From an uncultured Opitutia bacterium (GTDB taxonomy: Bacteria; Verrucomicrobiota; Verrucomicrobiia; Opitutales; UBA953): 64,000 nt of DNA. A program made the translations under genes and the position numbers. The notes below the pieces were generated by a model, which saw only the letters and a list, made by a program, of their open reading frames with translations, did not search any database and was not told where the DNA came from. The stretch spans positions 3,620 to 67,619 of the forward strand of contig CAIWNE010000033.1 in assembly GCA_903913915.1 (NCBI GenBank). The letters are read 5' to 3'. The stretch's first letter is position 1. Every line of letters starts with the position of its first letter. Below, piece by piece: positions 17,628 to 24,875 of this stretch.

Positions 17628-18428
17628 CTACCTCAACCCGTCAAAAACGGCCTTCAGCTCCGCGTCGGCAAGCGGGCGGTTCCACAGCAGGAAACGCGCG
17701 ATCTCGCCGTCGAAGGATTCCTTGCCGGGGTGCTGGATCGCGTCCCGTTCCTGACCGACGGCGAGCTTCGAGGCATCGGCCTTGGGATTCACCGGGAAGG
17801 GGGCGGTCGCGCAGGCCTTGAGGTCGTTGACGAAGAGCTCGGCGAGGACCACGCCTTGGCCCGCACCGAGGCGACCGGCGAGGAGATGGAAGCGCCCTTC
17901 CTCCAGCCTCGGTCCGACGAGCTTGGGGTTGTTGACGTCGAAACGGCCGAACGTGAGGCCGTTGCGGGCGCCCCACCAGACGGTGTTGTCGTCGTCGAGG
18001 CACCCCCAGATGCCCTCGTATTTCTGGCCGTTGCGGAGATTGCCGAAGAACGAGTTCACGTCCTTCAGCCCGACGCGTTGCGGGTAGACCTTCAAGATCG
18101 CGACCCAGGTGCAGCCGTCGCCGCGGATCAATCCGTCCAATGCGGCCTCGTCATGGCAAAGCAGTTCCTGCTGACGGAAGCACAGCGAGGCCGGCGAACC
18201 CTTCGACGGCGTCGGCAGACCCGAGGACGCAACGGCGCGTCCCTTCGGCTGTCCGACGAAGTAGCGCAGCTCGGGCGGGCCGGCCTGGTTCTGCCATTCC
18301 GTCACCCGGCCTTCGGCGTCAAGGGTGACGCCTTTGGAAGCATCGAGATCGACCATCAGGCCGGCCTTCGGAAGTTCGGCGGCAAAGGGAGCCACGACGC
18401 TTAGCAGGGCGATGAGACGAAGGATCAT
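17628..18428 (-). CDS. Secreted LamG / concanavalin-A-like lectin domain protein
   Basis: The start was trimmed to ATG 18426-18428 (MILRLIALLSVVAPFAAE). The C-terminal signature KLAVGQERD....FDGEIARFLLWNRPLADAELKAVF is typical of LamG_3 jelly-roll domains. Confidence 0.72.
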   Translation of the reverse strand: MILRLIALLSVVAPFAAELPKAGLMVDLDASKGVTLDAEGRVTEWQNQAGPPELRYFVGQPKGRAVASSGLPTPSKGSPASLCFRQQELLCHDEAALDGLIRGDGCTWVAILKVYPQRVGLKDVNSFFGNLRNGQKYEGIWGCLDDDNTVWWGARNGLTFGRFDVNNPKLVGPRLEEGRFHLLAGRLGAGQGVVLAELFVNDLKACATAPFPVNPKADASKLAVGQERDAIQHPGKESFDGEIARFLLWNRPLADAELKAVFDGLR

Positions 18429-18551
18429 GGGAAGGCCGGGATTAAGGACGCAGATGAGCCCGGAATCGAGGGTTGAATCGGGCTTCGGCTTCACCCTTGC
18501 CGGCTACCATTCGGGCTGGAACTCTCCGGTCCAAACGTCATCAAATACCCC

Positions 18552-20918
18552 ATGCCCCCTCGCGTCCTCTTGCTCCTCGGACTGACCCTGCTCTCCGCCA
18601 TCACCGGCAGCGCCCAGTCCGCCGACACGATCTTCGTCGAAGCCGAATCCCTCGCCTCGTTCGGCGGCTGGAAGCTCGACACCTCCTTCACGAACATCGT
18701 CGGTTCTCCTTACCTCCTGGCCCACGGCCTCGGCAAGCCCGTCGCCGACGCCACCGGGACCGTTCATGTCGCGACCGCCGGCGAATACCGCGTCTGGGTC
18801 CGCACCAAGGATTGGGTGGCCCACTGGAACGCCCCCGGCACGCCGGGTCGCTTCCAGCTGATCGTCAACGGCCAGCCCCTCGCCGCGGAATTCGGCACCG
18901 AAGGCGCCGAGTGGCATTGGCAGGAAGGCGGCAAGGTCTCCTTGGCCGCGGGCGACGTGAAGATCGCGCTCCATGACCTCACCGGCTTCGCCGGACGCGC
19001 CGACGCCATCCTCTTCAGCAAGGACGCCGCCTTCACGCCGCCCGAGGGCGAAGCGCTCCGCGCCGCCCGTTCCAAGTGGGACAGCCCGAAGGGCCCCGAA
19101 GACCAGGGCGAGTTCGACCTCGTCGTCGTCGGCGGCGGCTACGGCGGCCTGGGCGCGGCCCTCTCCGCTTCCCGCCAATCCCTCAAGGTCGCCTTCGTGC
19201 AGGACCGCTTCGTCCTCGGCGGCAACGGCAGCTCCGAGATCGGCGTCTGGGCGATGGGCGGCACCACGCGCGGGAAGTATCCGCACCTCGGCGAGATCAT
19301 CGAGGAGATCGGCGACCGCTCGCCAGACAGCCCTGGTCGCGCCGACAGCTTCGGCGACGAACTGAAGGAGAAGGTCGTCCGCAACGAGAAGAACATCTCC
19401 CTCTTCCTCGGCCACTTCGCCACCGGCGTCGTCATGGACGGCAACCGGATCGCGGCCGTGAAGGCCATCGACGTCAAGACCGGCCGCGAGAAGGTGTTCC
19501 GCGCCAAGTTCGTGGCGGATACCACCGGCCACGGCTGGGTCGGCGCCTATGCCGGCGCGAAGTTCACCATCCAGAAGGACAAGCGCATGGGCATGTCCAA
19601 CATGTGGTTCTACCAGGACGAGGCGACTGCGAGCACCTGGCCCGCCACGCCTTGGGCGCTGCCGCTCGAACTCGGCGACTTCCCGCCCTTGCAGAAATCC
19701 AAGTCCAAGATCGACGACAAGCCCTTCATGAAGGCCGAATGGTTCTGGGAATCCGGCTTCGACCAGGATCCGATCAACGGCCTCGAGTACATCCGCGACT
19801 GGAATTTCCGTGCCATCTACGGCGCCTTCTCGGCCCTCAAGAACGGACCGCAGAAGGAGAAGTACGCCCACGCCGACCTCAAGTGGGCCTCGCACGTCGG
19901 CGGCCCGCGCGAATCGCGCCTCTTCGTCGGGGACGTCGTGCTCACCAAGGAAGACATCGTCGCCCGCAAGGAGTTCGACGACGGCTGCGTGCCCACGACC
20001 TGGGACATCGACCTGCACTACGCCCGCGAGCAGTACGCCAAGAAGTTCCCCGAGAACCCGTTCATCTCCCGGGCCGCCTTCGGCTACTTCGGGCCGGACG
20101 GCAAGCCCACGCCCGCGGTGGACCGTCGCAACGGCTACCCCCTGCCCTACCGCCTGTTCTACTCCCAGAACATCAGCAACCTCTTCCTGGCCGGACGCCA
20201 CATCTCCGTCACCCATGAGGCGCTCGGCACCGTCCGCGTCATGCGCACCATCGGCATGATGGGAGAGGTCGTCGGCAAGGCCGCCTACCTCGCCGTCCGC
20301 GAGAACACCGACCCGCGCGGCGTCTACCAGAAGCACCTGCCCGACCTCATCAAGCTCATGGAACAGCCCGGCCGCATGCGCCGCGCCGACCTGCGCTCGG
20401 AGCTCTTCCTCGACACCTCGATCGCCGACTACAAGGAACTGCCCGTCGGCCGGATGAACCGCGACCTCACCAAGGGAACCCCCTCGAAGCTCAGCGACGA
20501 GGAAGCCAAGGAACTCGCCAAGATGGGCGGCATCGTCGTCGACGACTCCCAGGCGAAGTTCGAAGGCAAGTGGACCGAAGGCCACAGCCTCGACCACGTC
20601 GGCAGCGGCTACCATTACGCGGGAGGCGCCGGCAACCGCGCGACCTTCACGTTCGAGGTCAAGGACGCCGGCAAGTACGAGCTTCGCGGCTACTGGCAGG
20701 GCCATGAGAACCGTTCCGGCAACGCCCTGCTGGTGATCAACCGCGCCGGCGAGAAGCCGGTCTCCCTCCGCCTCAACCAGAAGGTCGGCGAGATCGACAA
20801 GCCCGTCGCGCTCGGCAAGTTCCAGTTCGCCGCCGGCACGCACACGATCGTCCTCTCGACCGATGGCGCCAAGGGCAACGTGCAGGCCGACGCCTTCCAA
20901 CTCATCCTGGCGGACTAA
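18552..20918 (+). CDS. Exported FAD-dependent oxidoreductase (PF12831-like) flanked by CBM-like beta-sandwich domains
   Basis: Sec-type signal MPPRVLLLLGLTLLSAITGSAQS. Dinucleotide-binding motif FDLVVVGGGYGGLGAALSASR...GGNGSSE. The N-terminal (~150 aa) and C-terminal (~150 aa: GKWTEGHS...GYHYA...YELRGYW...VQADAFQLI) domains resemble non-catalytic carbohydrate-binding-like modules. Confidence 0.82.
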   Translation: MPPRVLLLLGLTLLSAITGSAQSADTIFVEAESLASFGGWKLDTSFTNIVGSPYLLAHGLGKPVADATGTVHVATAGEYRVWVRTKDWVAHWNAPGTPGRFQLIVNGQPLAAEFGTEGAEWHWQEGGKVSLAAGDVKIALHDLTGFAGRADAILFSKDAAFTPPEGEALRAARSKWDSPKGPEDQGEFDLVVVGGGYGGLGAALSASRQSLKVAFVQDRFVLGGNGSSEIGVWAMGGTTRGKYPHLGEIIEEIGDRSPDSPGRADSFGDELKEKVVRNEKNISLFLGHFATGVVMDGNRIAAVKAIDVKTGREKVFRAKFVADTTGHGWVGAYAGAKFTIQKDKRMGMSNMWFYQDEATASTWPATPWALPLELGDFPPLQKSKSKIDDKPFMKAEWFWESGFDQDPINGLEYIRDWNFRAIYGAFSALKNGPQKEKYAHADLKWASHVGGPRESRLFVGDVVLTKEDIVARKEFDDGCVPTTWDIDLHYAREQYAKKFPENPFISRAAFGYFGPDGKPTPAVDRRNGYPLPYRLFYSQNISNLFLAGRHISVTHEALGTVRVMRTIGMMGEVVGKAAYLAVRENTDPRGVYQKHLPDLIKLMEQPGRMRRADLRSELFLDTSIADYKELPVGRMNRDLTKGTPSKLSDEEAKELAKMGGIVVDDSQAKFEGKWTEGHSLDHVGSGYHYAGGAGNRATFTFEVKDAGKYELRGYWQGHENRSGNALLVINRAGEKPVSLRLNQKVGEIDKPVALGKFQFAAGTHTIVLSTDGAKGNVQADAFQLILAD

Positions 20919-20921
20919 GCG

Positions 20922-23540
20922 ATGCCCTCGGTCCGCGTCAGCGCCTGGCCGGTCAAGTGCTGGCGTCTCGCGGCGCTGCTGCTCGCCGCCCTGCTGTTGC
21001 AACGCACGACCCCGGTGACGGAGTCGGCGCTCACGCGGCTGAGCCTCGACGACGCGCGGGCCTTCTTCCCGGGGGCCAAGCGCCTCAAGTCAGGGCCCCA
21101 CCAGACCCTGCTCGTCCAGGACCAGTACGGCAACCGCATGGGAAGGCTGGCGACCACCTCGCCCGACGCCGACAGCATCATCGGCTACTCCGGCCCGAGC
21201 AACGTGCTCGTCGCCCTCGACAACGACGAGAAGGTCGTCGGGACGCGCATCCTCGCCAGCGACGACACGCCGGAGCACGTCGACCAGCTGAAAGGCAACG
21301 CCGCCTTCGAACGCTCCTTCAAGGGCTGGCGCCCGACGACGCAGCCCGCGCCCAGGCTCGACGCCTATGCGGGCTCGACGCTCACGGCCTACGCGATCAC
21401 GGAGTCGATCCAGAAGCGCCTCTCGGGCAACTACGTCTCGCTGCGCTTCCCCACCCCGCTCTCGCTGAAAGAGATCCAAGGCGCCGGCTTCCCCGAGGCC
21501 ACCGGCTTCGAACCCAACGTGCCGCGCCTCGGCTGGAATCTCGTCCGCGGGCCCAACCGTTCGATGCTGGGCTACGTCGTACGTTCGTCGCCTTCGGCCG
21601 ACGAGGTCCTCGGCTACGCCGGCCCGAGCGAGACGCTCATCGCCGTCGAACCCGACGGGCTTCGCCTGCGCAAGGTCGTCCTGCGCACGACCTACGACAC
21701 GGCCGACTACGTCAGCCGCATCAAGGAACAGGAACCTGATGCGCAAGGACAGACGTTCCTCGGCAAGCTGACGAAATGGAACACCCAGGAATGGGCGGAG
21801 TTCGATTTCCGCAAGGCCGAGCTCGACACGGTCGCCGGCGCGACGCTCACCAGCTTCGCCATCGCCAAAGGCATCCAGGCCCGCTTCGCCGATGACGCCC
21901 ACGGCGGCCATCGCGAGAAACGGACGACACAGCAGAAGCTGCAGGCCGCGGCGCTCTGGTGCTTCCTCGTCGGCGCCCTGCTGATGACGTTCACGCCGCT
22001 GCACGGCCGCCCCGCCATCCGGACGACCTGGCAGGTCCTGCTCGTCGGCGGCCTCGGCCTCTGGCTCGGCCAGCTGCTCTCGCTCTCCCTCTTCGCCGGC
22101 TGGGCCCGCCATGGCATCCCTTGGACGCAGGCGCCTGCCCTGCTCATCCTAGGAGGCATCGCCCTGCTCGTGCCCTGGACTTCCCGCCGGCAGCTCTACT
22201 GCCACCATGCCTGCCCCCATGGGGCCGCCCAGGAGCTCCTCGGAGGCCTCAGGAGGCTCCATGTGGCCGTTTCAGCCCGCTGGCACGCCTGGCTCGGCAA
22301 ACTGCCCGCCATCGCCCTCGCAGGGGCCTTCCTGGCCGCCCTGACCTGGCCTCGCTGGAGCCTCGGACAGGCCGAGCCCTTCGACGCCTGGGTCCTGGGC
22401 GCAGGGGTAGCCATCCCCCTCGTCCTGGCGATCGTCGGCCTGGTCGTGTCCGTCTTCGTCCCGCAGGCTTATTGCAAATACGGCTGCCCCACCGGGGCGC
22501 TCTTCAAGTTCGTCCGTTCGGCGAACCAGGCCGAGAGCTGGGGTCGGCGCGACACCTGGGCCGCAGGCATCCTCGCGGTCGGGGCCGTCGTGGCGTTCCT
22601 GCCGCGCCCCGAATTCGCGGAAACCGACACCCCGGAGCTCGCCGCCCGCCGCAGCCTGACGGAACTGCATGGGGCCGCGTTCGGCACGACCTGGACGATC
22701 AAGGTGAGGGGCAGCGACGTCGACGCGACGATCCTCAAGCGCGAGCTCGAGGCCGAGATCAACCGCGTGGAGTTCTCGCTCTCGCACTGGCGCGAGTCCT
22801 CCACGACCACCGACTTCAACCGCCTCGAGTCCACCCAACCCTTCGGCATCTCGCAGGAGCTGGCCGACATGGTCGAGTTCTGCCTGAAGATGAGCGCGGC
22901 GTCGGACGGAATGTACGACATCACCGTCGCGCCGCTCACCAACCTCTGGGGCTACGGTCCGTCAGGCAAGCTGCCCGATCCGTCAGCCGCGCTGATCCAG
23001 GCCGCGCTGACCAAGGTCGGCTGGCAGAAGCTGCGGCTCGACAAGGAGAACCTCACGCTGGCGAAGACCAACGAAGGCGTGAACCTCGACCTCGGTTCGG
23101 TCCTGCAAGGCTACGCCGCCGACCGCGCGGCGGCCGTCCTCCGCGCGCAGGGCCAGAACGACTTCCTCATCGAGGTCGGCGGAGAGATCCTGGCGTCCGG
23201 CACCTGGCGCGTGGGCATCGAAGATCCGTTCAACCCCCGGATGATGATCCAGACCGTCCTGCTCACCGACCGCGCCCTGAGCCCCTCCGGGCTCTACCGC
23301 GCCAAGCGTATCGCCGCCGGCAAGCCGGTCTCGCATATCATCTCGCCGAAGAACGGCTTCCCGGTCGAACCCACGCTCGAACTCGCCGTGGTCTACCATG
23401 ACAGCTGCTTCCAGGCCGACGGTTGGGCGACCACCATGATGGCCGCCGGCTTCGAACAGGCCAAGGTCATCGCTCTGCGCGAGAAGCTGGACGTCATGCT
23501 CGTCACGCCGGACAAGAAGGTCTGGCGGAGCGTGAAGTAG
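20922..23540 (+). CDS. Fusion protein: 2x FMN_bind domains + NapH/NosR-like 6-TM core with two CX3CP motifs + C-terminal ApbE (FAD:protein FMN transferase)
   Basis: The ATG lies 3 nt after the upstream stop. FMN_bind-like blocks are GYSGPSNVLVALDNDEKVVG...DAYAGSTLTAYAI and GYAGPSETLIAVEPDG...DTVAGATLTSFAI. The membrane core carries YCHHACPHG (aa 427-432) and YCKYGCPTG (aa 518-523). ApbE blocks are DITVAPL, LDLGSVLQGYAADR, VGGEI, SPSG and HIISPKNGFP. Confidence 0.85.
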   Translation: MPSVRVSAWPVKCWRLAALLLAALLLQRTTPVTESALTRLSLDDARAFFPGAKRLKSGPHQTLLVQDQYGNRMGRLATTSPDADSIIGYSGPSNVLVALDNDEKVVGTRILASDDTPEHVDQLKGNAAFERSFKGWRPTTQPAPRLDAYAGSTLTAYAITESIQKRLSGNYVSLRFPTPLSLKEIQGAGFPEATGFEPNVPRLGWNLVRGPNRSMLGYVVRSSPSADEVLGYAGPSETLIAVEPDGLRLRKVVLRTTYDTADYVSRIKEQEPDAQGQTFLGKLTKWNTQEWAEFDFRKAELDTVAGATLTSFAIAKGIQARFADDAHGGHREKRTTQQKLQAAALWCFLVGALLMTFTPLHGRPAIRTTWQVLLVGGLGLWLGQLLSLSLFAGWARHGIPWTQAPALLILGGIALLVPWTSRRQLYCHHACPHGAAQELLGGLRRLHVAVSARWHAWLGKLPAIALAGAFLAALTWPRWSLGQAEPFDAWVLGAGVAIPLVLAIVGLVVSVFVPQAYCKYGCPTGALFKFVRSANQAESWGRRDTWAAGILAVGAVVAFLPRPEFAETDTPELAARRSLTELHGAAFGTTWTIKVRGSDVDATILKRELEAEINRVEFSLSHWRESSTTTDFNRLESTQPFGISQELADMVEFCLKMSAASDGMYDITVAPLTNLWGYGPSGKLPDPSAALIQAALTKVGWQKLRLDKENLTLAKTNEGVNLDLGSVLQGYAADRAAAVLRAQGQNDFLIEVGGEILASGTWRVGIEDPFNPRMMIQTVLLTDRALSPSGLYRAKRIAAGKPVSHIISPKNGFPVEPTLELAVVYHDSCFQADGWATTMMAAGFEQAKVIALREKLDVMLVTPDKKVWRSVK

Positions 23541-23542
23541 CT

Positions 23543-23677
23543 AAAGGGATAGGGTTAGGGGTAGGCCAATGACGATACAGGCACACGCTCGGCTAGCTGC
23601 GAGCCGATCAAAGGTGCCTGACCAAACTGTCTCAGGCGGACTGGTTTTGCCTCCCCCTACCCCTGCCCCTATCCCTT
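23543..23677. repeat. 22-nt inverted repeat pair (20/22 match) bracketing the convergent intergenic region
   Basis: The left arm is aagggatagggttaggggtagg (about 23544-23565). The right arm cctacccctgcccctatccctt (23656-23677) reverse-complements to aagggataggggcaggggtagg. The right arm touches the stop codon of the metallophosphoesterase gene. Confidence 0.6.
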
Positions 23678-24734
23678 ATCGGATCTTCTTCACCACGGTC
23701 AGCGCTTCGGCCTGCGGAGTCGAGTTCCAGCCGTCAGGTCCGGCCGTGAAGTGTCCGGCCGCGAAGGTGTCATCGGTGATGCGGAAGACGAAACACTCAC
23801 AAGGGTTGCGCGGCCCCGGGAAGGGCTTCCCCTTGGTCACGCCCTCGCGCTTGAAGGCGCCGGCCGAGAAGCAATCGAAGCGGGGGCCGCCGTCGCCGAA
23901 GGCCGCGTAGTCCTTGTCTTCCGGGAAGGTGAGCTTGGTGATGGCGTGCGTGTGGCCGTGGAGGAGCGCGATGATGTTGTAGCCCTTGATCACCTCGTAG
24001 AAGGCCTTGCGTCGTTCCTGGTCCCACCAGGTGCTGCGCTCGCTGTAATCGAGGTGCTGGACGATGACGACCGGGGCGCCGGCCGGGATCGAGGCGAGGT
24101 AGGCCTTCATGAAGGCGAGGCTGCGCTCGGGATCCCACATCGAGCCGGGCTTGGCGTCGGCCTTCACGACGTCGCCGGCGTAGTTGTTGGCGTTGATGAA
24201 GTGTACGCCCTGCCAGACCCAGGCGGAGTGGAGTCCGTCCTCGGAGAGCTTGGACAAAAGGCCGGCCTTGAGCATCGCCGCGTTGCGGTCGCGCAACCCC
24301 TGCCGGATGATCCCGGTCTTGGAGCCGCCATCATGGTTGCCGGCCAGGGCGATGACCGGGAAACGCTTCGGGGCCTCGCCCTGCCACGGAAACAGACGCT
24401 CGAAGTCGCGCCATTGGGCGGGCGCGCCGTTCTCGGTCAGGTCGCCGGCGACGATCATCGCGAGCGGCGCCGGCACAGGCCCCTTCCCTTTCATCGCCTC
24501 CGCCAGCGGGCCTTGCGTCGGCCACGGACGACCGGGGAGCGTCGCGAGCGCATCGAGCGTATGCACGACGTTCTGGTTATAATCGTCGGCGGTGAACGTC
24601 GGTTCGCACTGCTTGTAGACCATCCCCACGTGGGCATCCGAAACCAGGTAGAAGGTGACGTCGCGGGCGAAAACGAAGCCGGCCGAAGCGAGGATCAGGA
24701 ATGCCCGCAAGGCGAGCGACAGGGGTAAGCGCAT
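23676..24734 (-). CDS. Secreted calcineurin-like metallophosphoesterase
   Basis: The start was trimmed to ATG 24732-24734 (MRLPLSLALRAFLILASAGFVFA). Metallophosphoesterase motifs: FYLVSDAHVG, AGDLTENG, LAGNHD and LLHGHTH. Confidence 0.85.
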   Translation of the reverse strand: MRLPLSLALRAFLILASAGFVFARDVTFYLVSDAHVGMVYKQCEPTFTADDYNQNVVHTLDALATLPGRPWPTQGPLAEAMKGKGPVPAPLAMIVAGDLTENGAPAQWRDFERLFPWQGEAPKRFPVIALAGNHDGGSKTGIIRQGLRDRNAAMLKAGLLSKLSEDGLHSAWVWQGVHFINANNYAGDVVKADAKPGSMWDPERSLAFMKAYLASIPAGAPVVIVQHLDYSERSTWWDQERRKAFYEVIKGYNIIALLHGHTHAITKLTFPEDKDYAAFGDGGPRFDCFSAGAFKREGVTKGKPFPGPRNPCECFVFRITDDTFAAGHFTAGPDGWNSTPQAEALTVVKKIR

Positions 24735-24825
24735 GGGAACGTCGTACGCTGGCCGGGAGGCGGAGTCAAACGCGGCCTCGCCGGAAGGCTGGGCCGTCAG
24801 GGGACGTCCTCCCGCCCTGGCAGGC

Positions 24826-24853
24826 ACAAAAAAGGGCGGCCGAAGCCGCCCTT
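24826..24853 (-). terminator. Rho-independent terminator of the giant gene
   Basis: The minus strand reads aagggcggc-ttcg-gccgccctt followed by ttttgtg (9-bp GC-rich stem, tetraloop, T-tract). It starts about 22 nt downstream of stop TGA (24876-24878). Confidence 0.78.
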
Positions 24854-24875
24854 CCCTTCCGGCTCACCCGTGCGC

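Noticed and set aside
739-24728. Many long ORFs overlapping the called genes on the opposite strand or in other frames. Examples: 739..1578, 798..1583, 1645..3021, 3235..5091, 5444..6616, 7064..8233, 8406..9533, 9533..10339, 10422..11159, 11307..12620, 12560..13612, 12784..13833, 16013..17062, 16249..17106, 18504..21002, 21090..22112, 21959..23401 and 23751..24728.
   Set aside because: Their translations are Arg/Gly/Ala/Pro-rich and low in complexity, with no recognisable motifs. In each case the overlapping frame I called carries clear family signatures. This is the typical stop-codon-poor behaviour of high-GC DNA.
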